Positions 47,273 to 56,906 of a DNA stretch of 64,000 nt are shown here, in pieces. Numbering within the stretch: the first letter of the stretch is position 1; each line of letters opens with the position of its first letter. The translations under genes and the position numbers were made by a program. The DNA is from Steroidobacteraceae bacterium (GTDB lineage Bacteria > Pseudomonadota > Gammaproteobacteria > Steroidobacterales > Steroidobacteraceae), in NCBI GenBank assembly GCA_036489335.1, contig DASXFY010000018.1:337-64336 (forward strand), in the 5' to 3' direction. The notes under the pieces were generated by a model. The model made no database searches. It was not told the DNA's origin and was given only the letters and a program-made list of their open reading frames with translations.

Positions 47273-48378
47273 CCGGCATCGGGCGGGGCGGATTGTCGCC
47301 GGGGTAGAACCAGGCGGAAAAGGGTCCTACCGGCCGCGGAGTGAACCTCGAGGTCCCCGCCGTGAGCGCGCGCAATCGTCCTGGCAATGAAGAGCCCGAG
47401 GCCAAGCCCCTCGCCACGGTTCCCGGAGCGGCGCCCGGAGCCGAATGCCTCGAATATGTGCGGCAACAGCTCGCTGGGAATCTCTCCGTCGTTGACGACT
47501 TCCACACTCGCGCGTAGCTCGTCGCCGGTGAGGCGCACGAGCACTGGAGAGCCGGGTGTACCGTGCTGCACGGCGTTGGAAGTGAGATTTGAAATGACCT
47601 GCAGGACGCGCTGCGCATCCCACACGCCCTGGCCGTCGGCCTCACACTCGAAGCTGATCGTGCGATCGTGCGCGATGGCCTCGACTTCCTCGACGATCTG
47701 CAGGCACAGCGCGCGCAGGTCGGTGGGCTTCGGCTCGATGGGGATGCCTGCGCCTTCGCGCTCCCGCGAGAGGTCGAGCAGATCTCCGACGATGTGCTCG
47801 ATTCGCTTCACTCCGCGGGAGACGATCGCCGCATGCTTGCCCACCGCGCCGGCGGGATCTGCAAGCTCCCGCAGAACGCTGGCGGCGAGCTGAATCGTGT
47901 TGAGTGGGTTGCGGATGTCGTGGCTGACAATGGCGAGAATCCATTTCTCGAAATCCCGGGCGCGCGCGAGTTGCTCCTGATTCTGCCTGTCTCGGGCTTC
48001 CTCGGCCTTGCGGTGCTCGTCGACATCCACACAGCTGCCGACGAAGCCAGCGAACGTTCCGCTGTCGTCCATGAAGGGGGCGCCACGGTCGATGATCCAC
48101 CGGTACACGCCATCATGGCGGCGCAGGCGATATTCCATCTCGAACGGCTCACGCCGCTGGAAATGCTCCAGGTAGTGGGATAGGCAGGAGTCGAGATCCG
48201 CAGGGTGGACGCCCTCGGTCCAGCCGATGCCAAGCTCCTGCTCGAGCGTTCGGCCGGTGAACGACAGCCACTTGCCGTTGAAGAAGTCGCATCTGCCGTC
48301 CAGACCGGAGCGCCAGATCATGACTGGTGAGTGCTCGATCAGCAGGCGATATTCTGTGTATGCCAGCGGTCGAGGCAT
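47269..48378 (-). CDS. PAS-domain sensor histidine kinase (cytoplasmic)
   Basis: N-terminal PAS domain (YRWIIDRGAPFMDDSGTFAGFVGSCVDVDEHR), H-box AIVSHDIRNPLNTI, and a C-terminal HATPase (GLGLGLFIARTIARAHGG). Confidence 0.9.
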   Translation of the reverse strand: MPRPLAYTEYRLLIEHSPVMIWRSGLDGRCDFFNGKWLSFTGRTLEQELGIGWTEGVHPADLDSCLSHYLEHFQRREPFEMEYRLRRHDGVYRWIIDRGAPFMDDSGTFAGFVGSCVDVDEHRKAEEARDRQNQEQLARARDFEKWILAIVSHDIRNPLNTIQLAASVLRELADPAGAVGKHAAIVSRGVKRIEHIVGDLLDLSREREGAGIPIEPKPTDLRALCLQIVEEVEAIAHDRTISFECEADGQGVWDAQRVLQVISNLTSNAVQHGTPGSPVLVRLTGDELRASVEVVNDGEIPSELLPHIFEAFGSGRRSGNRGEGLGLGLFIARTIARAHGGDLEVHSAAGRTLFRLVLPRRQSAPPDAG

Positions 48379-48416
48379 GGGGCATTCTCATCTGATTGCC
48401 CGGGTGCGGTAAAGCG

Positions 48417-50573
48417 TCACCAATCGAGCTCTGCCATTGCCGAGGCGTAGCTGTCGATTCCGTCCCACAGATTCCGCAGGCGCAGATTCTCGTTCGGTGC
48501 ATGCTGGCTGTCGTCGTGGTTGACGATCGGAAGGATGATCACCGGCACACCCAGGATCTGATGGAAGAGAAATAAAGGCACGCTGCCGCCCATCATGGGC
48601 ACGAGGGCCAGGCGTCCGCCCGCGGCGTCACGCGCCGAGATGATGAGTGCTCGAGCCGCCGTCGTGTCGAGGGCGGTACGCAAACCCGGGTAGCCGCTGC
48701 TCCAACTCACCTTCACGATTCTGGGATGTGAGAGGCGGGCGTCGAGATCGGGCGCAGCGGAGACGAGAGTCCACCCCTTGGCGGCCAGGAAGCGCTCGAC
48801 TTCCGCGCGCACGTTCTGCGGCGTCTGATCCGGCACGAGGCGAAAGTCGATCGAGATGTCGGCCTGGGTCGGAATGGCATTGTTCGCTGCTGTGCCGACG
48901 GCGCCGGAGCTGATGCCTCTGATGTTGAGGGCTGGTGCCATGACGCTCGCGCTGAGCCCCGCAGCACCTTCGGTGCGGCCGATGCCGAATTCCCGGCGGA
49001 GTGCGCTCTCCACCGGCGGCAGTTTCGCAATCGCTGCCCGGTCCGCCGCCGTCAGGGGTTGCACGTCGCGGTAGAAGCCGGGGATCAGGATGCGGCCGGT
49101 GCTGTCGCGCAGAGACGCGATCAGCTCTGCCGCCATGACGGCAGGATTCGGCACCCAGTTGCCGTAGTGGCCGTCGTGCAGCGGATGCAGCGGACCGTAG
49201 AGGGTCAGATCGAGCCCCATGGCGCCTCTCGCGCCGAAATAGAGCGTTGGCACGTCCGACTGATGCACCGGTCCGTCGCCGATCAGCAGCAGGTCGCTGC
49301 GCAGCTGCGTCGCATGGTCCCGCAGAATCGCGGCGAGATGTGGCGAGCCGGCCTCCTCCTCGCCTTCCCACAGGACTTTGAGATTGACCGAGGGGGTGCG
49401 ATGTGTGGCCCGCAGCGCATCGAACGCAGCCAGGAACGCAATGATGGATGCTTTGTCGTCCGCCGCCGCCCGCCCGAAGAGCCGCCAATCGGGATCGAGG
49501 GGCGTCTTCGCCTGTCGCCAATCGACCGCGTTGGCTGTTGGCGAGAGCGGCCCATCACGCATCACCGGCCCGAACGGATCGGAGGCCCACTGCGACGGCG
49601 TGACAGGTTGCCCGTCGTAGTGGGCGTAGAAAACAACGGTCCGCTTTGCCCCGCGTACACGATAGACACCGAACACGGCGGGAGGTGAGCCGCCCTTAGC
49701 AGTGAATTGGGTCGTCGCGAAACCACGCGTCCGCAGCTCGTGTTCGAGCCTGTTTGCCGTTGCTGCGAGCGCCTCCGGATGAGCGGCGACGCTGGGCAGG
49801 CGCGTCAGGGCATCGAGCTGGGTTACGATGTCCTTTTCGTGGGTCGCGCGGTAGGCATCCACCCGCTGACGCAGGTCGGAGGCACGTGTCGACACCGAGA
49901 AGCTACCGGCAAGCGCCACCAGCAATGCCGCTAGAGTTGTTTTTATGTAATGTCGCTTGCGGCGACGCGCGCCGGTGCGCCGCCAGACGAGGGTGCGGTT
50001 GTTCGCCGGCATCGACCGGTCCTCGACGAGAGCGAACCCGATCGAGCGCGCAAGCTCATCGACCGCCGCAAAGTCCCGGATGCCGCTATGCGGGGAGCGT
50101 TGCTTGAGCCATTCATCGAACGTGGCGTTGCTCGGGCTGGTGAAGCGGCCGTCGTAGTTGAGGGGACCATAGACGGCGAGTACGGCGTCGGCGCTGAGAA
50201 CCTTCGGAAGCGCCGCGAACAGCGTTCGCACCTCCGGCCAGCTCATGATGTGGAGCGTGTTCGCGGTGAAGACGGCATCAAACCGCGCGTCTGGCCACGT
50301 ACCCGTTATGTCGAGCGCAATCGGCGGCGGCAGGTTGGGTAGAGCCGCTTCGTCGAGCCACTGTCGAATTCCGGGCAGGTTCGCTTCGAGTTCCGAGGTC
50401 TGCCAGATGAGCTGCGGCAGGGCGGCGGCGAAATGCACCGCATGTTGCCCGGTGCCGCTGCCGATCTCCAGGACGCGTTGGCGTTCGGCAAAGTGGTCCC
50501 GCAGGACCTCGAGGATGGGGCCGCGATTTCGCTCGCAGGCTTCGGAGCAGGGCCTCACCAGCCGCTCAGGCAC
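48417..50573 (-). CDS. Single ORF fusing a DUF938-type SAM-dependent methyltransferase (aa 1 to about 200), a signal-peptide-like segment, and an M20-family metallopeptidase (aa about 230-718)
   Basis: N-terminus: CERNRGPILEVLRDHF...VLEIGSGTGQHAVHF...MPANNRTLVWRR. Then GARRRKRHYIKTTLAALLVALAGSFSVSTRA-SDL. M20 motifs follow: FGRAAADDKASIIAFL and WEGEEEAGSPH. There is no stop and no canonical start between the two parts. Confidence 0.75.
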   Translation of the reverse strand: MPERLVRPCSEACERNRGPILEVLRDHFAERQRVLEIGSGTGQHAVHFAAALPQLIWQTSELEANLPGIRQWLDEAALPNLPPPIALDITGTWPDARFDAVFTANTLHIMSWPEVRTLFAALPKVLSADAVLAVYGPLNYDGRFTSPSNATFDEWLKQRSPHSGIRDFAAVDELARSIGFALVEDRSMPANNRTLVWRRTGARRRKRHYIKTTLAALLVALAGSFSVSTRASDLRQRVDAYRATHEKDIVTQLDALTRLPSVAAHPEALAATANRLEHELRTRGFATTQFTAKGGSPPAVFGVYRVRGAKRTVVFYAHYDGQPVTPSQWASDPFGPVMRDGPLSPTANAVDWRQAKTPLDPDWRLFGRAAADDKASIIAFLAAFDALRATHRTPSVNLKVLWEGEEEAGSPHLAAILRDHATQLRSDLLLIGDGPVHQSDVPTLYFGARGAMGLDLTLYGPLHPLHDGHYGNWVPNPAVMAAELIASLRDSTGRILIPGFYRDVQPLTAADRAAIAKLPPVESALRREFGIGRTEGAAGLSASVMAPALNIRGISSGAVGTAANNAIPTQADISIDFRLVPDQTPQNVRAEVERFLAAKGWTLVSAAPDLDARLSHPRIVKVSWSSGYPGLRTALDTTAARALIISARDAAGGRLALVPMMGGSVPLFLFHQILGVPVIILPIVNHDDSQHAPNENLRLRNLWDGIDSYASAMAELDW

Positions 50574-51480
50574 CCGACTGCAGGCTGGTGCCTCGCCTCG
50601 ACATCCAGTGGCCTTTGCGGGCGGTCAGCACGAGCAAAACGACGGCAGCCGACAGGCACACGGCAATCGCGACCACGGACGCCTCGGGACCGAACTTGCC
50701 CCCGGTGAGGAGGGTGCGTCCCGTGAGCGAAACCCAGAAAATCCCCTTGACCGCGGGGCCGCCGGAGACCGATACCCCGAAGATTCCCCCCTCGGTGAAA
50801 TTCCAGCCGAGATGGAGGCCGATCGGAAACCAGAGATTTCGTGTCAGGGCGTAGGCCGCGCCGAGCAGGATCCCGGCTTCGAGGGCGATGGCCACGGTGG
50901 AAACGACCGTAGCGCCCGGGTTCAGGGCGTGCAGTAACCCAAAAACAGCAGCGGATATCAGCAGGGCGGTCGTGGTGCCGGACCTCTCTTCGAGGATGCG
51001 GAACAACGCGCCGCGGAATGCCAGCTCCTCGCCTACCGCGGCGAAGATCGAGGCCACGAGCACCACCAGAGCGACATCGAAGCGCGCGGAGATGCCCTGC
51101 CAGTGCGCGACGCCGATGAGGTAGAGCAATCCGAATACGCTCGAGAAGAGCGCAACGCCCAGGATGATCCCGGCCACGCCCTGAATGGCCCTCGGCGCGA
51201 GCTCGTGGACTGCGCGCTGCTCGATCGAGCGCACGAGCGCGACATACAATCCGAGGAGGGCCGCCGCAAGCACGAGAGTCGCGCCCATTGACATCGGGTT
51301 GGCTTCACCCGCCGGAGCATGCCGGCTGACCCAGATGCTGGCGAGTTGGGCGGCAATATAACCGGCGAGGAGCACCGTGAAGAAAACGAGCAGCCTGAGG
51401 AGCGATCGCCTCTCCACGGCGCCCAGCCAGCCGGTCCTCGGGGGACGTCCGACAGCATCACCGACGCGGTTGCTAGCCAT
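50566..51480 (-). CDS. CPBP-family intramembrane glutamic endopeptidase (CAAX protease-like)
   Basis: Motifs AVGEELAFRGALF, FGLLHALN and HLGWNF. Polytopic. 8-nt overlap with the downstream ORF. Confidence 0.88.
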   Translation of the reverse strand: MASNRVGDAVGRPPRTGWLGAVERRSLLRLLVFFTVLLAGYIAAQLASIWVSRHAPAGEANPMSMGATLVLAAALLGLYVALVRSIEQRAVHELAPRAIQGVAGIILGVALFSSVFGLLYLIGVAHWQGISARFDVALVVLVASIFAAVGEELAFRGALFRILEERSGTTTALLISAAVFGLLHALNPGATVVSTVAIALEAGILLGAAYALTRNLWFPIGLHLGWNFTEGGIFGVSVSGGPAVKGIFWVSLTGRTLLTGGKFGPEASVVAIAVCLSAAVVLLVLTARKGHWMSRRGTSLQSGA

Positions 51481-51540
51481 ACCCTTATCTTAGCCAGTCG
51501 CAGTGATCCCTGCATCAAGACAGGCGCTGCATGGCCCGCC

Positions 51541-53355
51541 TCAGCGCAGCCGGCCGCGCTCGGCCTCGAGCGCCTCCCAGCGCTCGAACTTAGCGAGCAG
51601 CGCGGCCTCGATGTCCTCGAGGCGTTTGCGGTCCGCACGGATCTGGGGCGCACCCTGCTGGTGATAGTCCGGCGTGCTCATTCGCGTGGTGAGGGCCGCC
51701 TGCTCGTGCTCCAGCGCTTCGATCTCACCGGGAAGTGAAGTCAGCTCGCGCTGCTCCTTGTAGCCGAGCCGGGTGCGCGGCTTGGGCTGGCCGGCTGTTG
51801 CCGGGCTCGAAGCGTCCCGCGCCGTCCTGCCGCGGCTCTCGGCGGCCGGCGCCGGGCTTCGCTGTCGCTGCCAATCGCTGTAGCCGCCCACGTATTCGCG
51901 CCACCTCCCATCGCCCTCGGCGGCGACAGTCTGGGTGACGACGTTATCGAGAAAGCGACGATCGTGGCTCACCAGCAGCAGCGTGCCGGTGTAATCCTGC
52001 AGCCGCTGCTCGAGAAGCTCGAGAGACTCGATGTCGAGATCGTTGGTCGGCTCATCCAGCACCAGCAGGTTGGCGGGCTGGGCAAATAGCCGCGCGAGCA
52101 ACAGCCGGTTGCGCTCGCCGCCGGAAAGCATCCCGACGGGGGAGCGCGCTCGTTGCGCCGGAAAGAGAAAATCACCGAGATAGCTCATGACGTGCTTGCG
52201 CTCACCGCCGACCTCGATCCATTCCGATCCAGGGCTGATCATGTCGGCGAGAGTCGTCTGCGGATCCAGCTGCTGGCGGAGCTGATCGAAGTAGGCGATC
52301 TTGAGGTTGGTCCCGAGCCGCACGCTGCCCGCATCGGGTGGCAGCTCGCCGAGTATCAGGCGAATGAGCGTGGTCTTGCCGGCGCCGTTCGGGCCGATGA
52401 GCCCGATGCGATCGCCGCGCATGATCCGCATCGAGAGCTGCTCGATCAGCGTGCGTCCGGCGGCACTTTTGCCGACATCCGTCAGCTCCGCGACCAATTG
52501 GCCCGAGCGCGAGCCCGCGTCCAGGCTCATCTTCATCGTGCCGAAGCGCTCGCGACGGGCGGTCCGCTCCAGGCGCAGCCGCTCCAGACGGCGCACCCGT
52601 CCTTCGTTACGAGTGCGGCGCGCCTCGACCCCCTTGCGGATCCAGACCTCCTCCTGCGCCCAGAACTTGTCGAATCTGCGGTTGGCGATGTCCTCGGCGG
52701 CCAGCTCCTGCTCGCGCGTGGTCTCGTATGCCGCGAAATTGCCGGGATAGGAGCGCAGCACGCCGCGGTCGAGCTCCACGATGCGCGTCGTCACCCGATC
52801 GAGAAAGGCGCGATCGTGAGTGACCACGACGGCAGCCGGTGTCTTGAGCAGCAACTCCTCGAGCCGTTCGATGGCGCCGATGTCGAGATGGTTGGTCGGC
52901 TCATCGAGCAGCAGCAGGTCCGGCTGGGTCGCGAGGGCGAGAGCGAGCGCCGCGCGTTTGCGCTCGCCCCCGGAGCTGGTCTGCGGGGCCGTTTCAGGGT
53001 CGAGCTCGAAGCGTTGCAGGAACTCCGTCAGCCGCGTCTCGAAAATCCAACGCTCGCGCTCGTCATCGAGCGAAGCGGCGCGCGCGCGCTCGAGTAGGCT
53101 CTCGCGCAGCGTACGAGCCGTGGGAAGCTCAGGCTCCTGTTCGACGAGCGTGATGCGCAGCCCGTCACCGACCTGCCGCTCCCCCTCATCCAGGGCACTG
53201 TGACCGGCGATGATCCGCAGCAATGTTGACTTGCCCGTGCCGTTGCGTCCGATGAGTCCGGTACGCTCGCCTGCCTGCAGACTGAGCCGGGCTCCGTCGA
53301 GCAGCGGGCGGTCGCCGAGCGCAAGATGGGCGTCGAGAAGCGTGATCAGCGGCAC
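51541..53355 (-). CDS. ABC-F family ATPase (Uup-like, two ABC domains + C-terminal coiled coil)
   Basis: Two Walker A motifs (GRNGTGKST, GPNGAGKTT), two signature motifs (SSGGERKR, LSGGERNR), and no TM domain. Confidence 0.92.
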   Translation of the reverse strand: MPLITLLDAHLALGDRPLLDGARLSLQAGERTGLIGRNGTGKSTLLRIIAGHSALDEGERQVGDGLRITLVEQEPELPTARTLRESLLERARAASLDDERERWIFETRLTEFLQRFELDPETAPQTSSGGERKRAALALALATQPDLLLLDEPTNHLDIGAIERLEELLLKTPAAVVVTHDRAFLDRVTTRIVELDRGVLRSYPGNFAAYETTREQELAAEDIANRRFDKFWAQEEVWIRKGVEARRTRNEGRVRRLERLRLERTARRERFGTMKMSLDAGSRSGQLVAELTDVGKSAAGRTLIEQLSMRIMRGDRIGLIGPNGAGKTTLIRLILGELPPDAGSVRLGTNLKIAYFDQLRQQLDPQTTLADMISPGSEWIEVGGERKHVMSYLGDFLFPAQRARSPVGMLSGGERNRLLLARLFAQPANLLVLDEPTNDLDIESLELLEQRLQDYTGTLLLVSHDRRFLDNVVTQTVAAEGDGRWREYVGGYSDWQRQRSPAPAAESRGRTARDASSPATAGQPKPRTRLGYKEQRELTSLPGEIEALEHEQAALTTRMSTPDYHQQGAPQIRADRKRLEDIEAALLAKFERWEALEAERGRLR

Positions 53356-53385
53356 GTGAGCAGATATGCCGCAGCGCCGCTGCGA

Positions 53386-53652
53386 TCAGCGAAGCTGACT
53401 GTCCTTGCTGCCGCGGCGGTTGTAGCCGCTGAACTGCCCAGCCTCGCGGTCAGCCGCATCCTGGCAGGCGATGCACAGGCGAACGCCGGGGATCGCCTGG
53501 CGCCGCGCCTCGGGAATCTGTGCGCCACAGTCGGCGCAATGAGTGAGCCCAGGGCCCTGCGGCAGGCGGCTCTGCGCGCGCAGGACACCGTCCGTGACGG
53601 TCGCATCGATCTGATCCTGTACGGCGCCGTCGCCGGCCCAACCTGTTGCCAT
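53386..53652 (-). CDS. ybiI: DksA/TraR-family C4 zinc-finger protein, YbiI-like
   Basis: 88 aa. CADCGAQIPEARRQAIPGVRLCIACQ...YNRRGSKDSQLR is nearly colinear with E. coli YbiI. Confidence 0.88.
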   Translation of the reverse strand: MATGWAGDGAVQDQIDATVTDGVLRAQSRLPQGPGLTHCADCGAQIPEARRQAIPGVRLCIACQDAADREAGQFSGYNRRGSKDSQLR

Positions 53653-53685
53653 GAGCGATATTCTACGCCGCGCAGCCCTGCCCGC

Positions 53686-55167
53686 CTACCCGCTGCGCGC
53701 CCGTCTCACGGCCGTCTCCCAACCCTGAAGCTCCAGCCCGCGTGCGGCGCTGTCGAGTCGCGGCTCGCAGCGCGCATCGGGCTGCCAGAGACGCGCTATG
53801 TCGGCCAGAGAGCGATAGATGCCGCAGCCGAGACCTGCGAGACAGGCAGCGCCGAATGCGGTGGATTCGGTGATGCGGGGCCGCAGGATGGTCACGCCGA
53901 GAACATCGGCGAGCCGTTGCAGGAAGAGGCCGTTTTGCGCCATTCCGCCGTCGACCTTCAGCATCTGCGTGCGCGCACCGTCGGCGGCCATTGCGGCGAT
54001 CAGATCGTGCGTCTGATAGACGACACTGTCGAGACCCGCGCGGGCAATCTCGCCGCGACCGGTGGCACGTGTGATCCCGACGATCGCCGCGCGAGCATCC
54101 GGATCCCAGTACGGCGCACCCAGTCCGGTGAATGCAGGTACGAGGTACACACCGCCGCTATCGGCTACCGAGTCTGCCAGAGCTTCGACCTCGCTGGCCC
54201 GCTGGAAGAGCCCGAGGCCGTCGCGCAGCCATTGTATGGTTGCGCCGGCCGAAAGGACCGAGCCTTCCAACGCATACGTCGTGCGGCCGTCCAACCGGTA
54301 GGCGATCGTGCCGAGGAGACGATGATGCGATGCCACCAGCTTTGCGCCGGTGTTGAGTACCAGGAAAGCGCCCGTGCCATACGTGCTCTTGACGTCACCG
54401 GGCTCGAAACATGCCTGCCCCACGAGGGCGGCCTGCTGATCGCCGGCGATGCCGCGGATCGGCAGAGCCTCGCCGAGCACCGCCGGATCGGTGCTGCCGA
54501 GATCTCCTGCGCTATCCCTCACTTCGGGCAGGCAGGCGGTGGGGACGCGGAACATCTCGCAGAGCGATGGATCCCAACTGACCGAGTTGACATCGAGAAG
54601 CGCCGTGCGGCTTGCGTTGGTGGCGTCGGTGATGTGCAGGCGTCCACCCGTCAGTCGCCAGACGAGAAAGCTGTCAATGGTGCCGAAGGCGAGCTGGCCC
54701 GCCGCCGCCGCCGCGCGCGCGCCCGGCACCTGATCGAGGATCCACGCCAGTTTGGTGGCCGAGAAATAGGGATCGAAACGCAGGCCGGTCTTGCGCGTGA
54801 GCTCCGCTTCGAGCCCCGTGGCGGCGAGCTTGCGGCACTCCTCCGCCGTACGACGGTCCTGCCAGACGATCGCGTTGTGGATGGGCGCGCCCGTGCGACG
54901 ATCCCATACGACCGTGGTCTCGCGCTGATTGGTGATCCCGATAGCGGCTACGCCACGCTTCATCCGCCGCAGCTGCTCCAACACCGAGCGCGTGGTCGAG
55001 AGGACCGTGGCCCAGATGACCTCCGCGTCGTGTTCCACCCAGCCCGAAGCCGGATACATTGCCTCGAAAGGCTGCTGCTCCGAGGCGAGGAGCGTCCCAT
55101 CGGGGGAGAAAGCCATGGCGCGGCTCGAGCTCGTGCCCTGGTCGATGGCGAGGAGGACGTCGCTCAT
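53686..55167 (-). CDS. glpK: Glycerol kinase
   Basis: I chose the ATG at 55167 (MSDVLLAIDQGTSSSRAMAF...). FGGY-family motifs throughout. The track ORF extends spuriously to 55443. The ATGA overlaps the treA stop. Confidence 0.93.
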   Translation of the reverse strand: MSDVLLAIDQGTSSSRAMAFSPDGTLLASEQQPFEAMYPASGWVEHDAEVIWATVLSTTRSVLEQLRRMKRGVAAIGITNQRETTVVWDRRTGAPIHNAIVWQDRRTAEECRKLAATGLEAELTRKTGLRFDPYFSATKLAWILDQVPGARAAAAAGQLAFGTIDSFLVWRLTGGRLHITDATNASRTALLDVNSVSWDPSLCEMFRVPTACLPEVRDSAGDLGSTDPAVLGEALPIRGIAGDQQAALVGQACFEPGDVKSTYGTGAFLVLNTGAKLVASHHRLLGTIAYRLDGRTTYALEGSVLSAGATIQWLRDGLGLFQRASEVEALADSVADSGGVYLVPAFTGLGAPYWDPDARAAIVGITRATGRGEIARAGLDSVVYQTHDLIAAMAADGARTQMLKVDGGMAQNGLFLQRLADVLGVTILRPRITESTAFGAACLAGLGCGIYRSLADIARLWQPDARCEPRLDSAARGLELQGWETAVRRARSG

Positions 55168-56786
55168 GGGTGGGGCTCCAGGTCCGGGTAAAGCGCGATC
55201 ATCGCGCGTGTCACCCCGTTGGTCCATCCGAACCCGTCCTGCAGCGGATACTCGCCGCCGCCGCCCGGCAGGGTGTGCTCGACGTCGTATTTCTCGACCA
55301 GCTTGCCGGTATTGGTGAAGACACGCTGAACCGTGGCCAGCCAGCGGCGGGCGATCTCGTGCGCCAGCGCCGGCTGATCGTAACGGCGAAAGCCGGCGAC
55401 CGCGATCCACTGCAGCGGCGGCCAGCCGTTGGGCGCGTCCCACTGCTGCCCGGAGGTGATGTTGGTCGTGACGATGCCGCCCTGCTCGAGCAGCCGTGTT
55501 TGCGTGACTCCGCCGATCTCATCCGCCTGCTGGATGTAGGCGACACCGGTGAAGAGCGGATAGAGCGTCGCCGCGGTGAGCTCGCCGGTGCGCTTGCCAT
55601 GGCGCCAGTCGTAATCCATGAAGTACCCGGCCTTCGCGTCCCAGAGATAGCTGTTGATCGCCTCGCGGCGGCGGCGGGCGCGGGCGGCGAACTCGCGCTG
55701 GCACGCGGAATCATGGCGCGACTCGCAAGCTTGCGAGATGGCGCTCTCCAGGCCATAGAGAAGGCTGTTGAGATCGATGGGCACGATATCGGTGGTGTCG
55801 ATGGTCGTGAGATGCCGACCGTCTGCGAGCCAGCGGGAGCTGAAATCCCAACCACTCTCGGCTGCGGCACGGAGGTCGCGATACACCTGGGCCCGAGGCC
55901 TGTGCGAGGCGCGTGCAACGACCACATCGTTGCGGTACGACTCATCGCGCGGCGTGTCCGACGCGTCCCAATAGCGATTGAGGAGAGACCCGTCAGGCAT
56001 CTTCACGACGTTGCGTCGTGCCTCGCCCGGCTGCAAACCGGCGGCGCCTGCCATCCAGTAGGCGTACTCGCGTTCGAGGTCCTGGAGGTGTTCCGACCAG
56101 GCGCTCGCCGGATCCTGAGAGAGGAGTCCGACCATGAGGTAGTACATCGGAGGTTGCGAGCGCGACAGATAATACGTGCGCGCCCCGTTGGGAACGTGCC
56201 CGTATTCGCGCACCATGTAGGAGAAATCGCCGACCAGATCCCGGGCCGTATCGAGGTGGCCGTCGGGGATCAGGCCGAGCATGGTGAAGTAGGAGTCCCA
56301 GTAATAGAACTCCCTGAAGCGTCCGCCCGGAACGACGTAGGGCTTCGGCACGTAAAGGAGCGATGAGTAGGGCGGCGGTACGACCGGCTGGCGAGTCAAC
56401 AGCGGCCAGAGTCTGGCGATGTGCGCCTCCAGGCTCTTGTCGTGTTGTGCGGGAGGCGTGCGTGCCTCCACGGGAAAAGAAAAGTTGCCCCTCACGAACC
56501 TGAGAAGCGCCGCGCGCGACCTGGGATGGGAGCGGCGATAGTGTCGCAGGATGACCGGCGGGGGCGCATTCGGCGTCGCATCGGGAAACGCCTTGCCGTC
56601 CGGGAACAGCGCGTCCATCTGCACCTGCACGAAGAGCGGCCCGAAAAGCTGCGCGGGTGTCGGAACGAAGGCCTCGGGGGCGGCGGCATCTGCGGCCGCA
56701 GCGCCGGCCGCGGTGCCCGCCGCAAGCGATGCGAGGACGAGGAGCCCTGGAAGTAAGGCTGAAGAGGACATCCGGCGAGCGAACAT
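55164..56786 (-). CDS. treA: Periplasmic alpha,alpha-trehalase (GH37)
   Basis: Signal peptide. Motifs PGGRFREFYYWDSYF and QWDAPNGWPPLQW (GH37 signatures). Confidence 0.92.
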   Translation of the reverse strand: MFARRMSSSALLPGLLVLASLAAGTAAGAAAADAAAPEAFVPTPAQLFGPLFVQVQMDALFPDGKAFPDATPNAPPPVILRHYRRSHPRSRAALLRFVRGNFSFPVEARTPPAQHDKSLEAHIARLWPLLTRQPVVPPPYSSLLYVPKPYVVPGGRFREFYYWDSYFTMLGLIPDGHLDTARDLVGDFSYMVREYGHVPNGARTYYLSRSQPPMYYLMVGLLSQDPASAWSEHLQDLEREYAYWMAGAAGLQPGEARRNVVKMPDGSLLNRYWDASDTPRDESYRNDVVVARASHRPRAQVYRDLRAAAESGWDFSSRWLADGRHLTTIDTTDIVPIDLNSLLYGLESAISQACESRHDSACQREFAARARRRREAINSYLWDAKAGYFMDYDWRHGKRTGELTAATLYPLFTGVAYIQQADEIGGVTQTRLLEQGGIVTTNITSGQQWDAPNGWPPLQWIAVAGFRRYDQPALAHEIARRWLATVQRVFTNTGKLVEKYDVEHTLPGGGGEYPLQDGFGWTNGVTRAMIALYPDLEPHP

Positions 56787-56881
56787 GAATGCTTGTGCCT
56801 TGCGTGCGGGAGCCGCGCCAACGATTGGTGCCGGGAATTCTACAGGTGAGTCGCCGCCGGAATTGAGTGGTATCGATGGAT

Positions 56882-56906
56882 ATGATATATTTTGTTATTA
56901 TATCAT
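56882..56906 (+). promoter_or_regulatory. Inverted repeat ATGATATA-N9-TATATCAT overlapping the MarR start codon (candidate MarR operator)
   Basis: Read directly. It lies in a strongly AT-rich patch (56876-56906) in otherwise GC-rich DNA. Confidence 0.55.
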
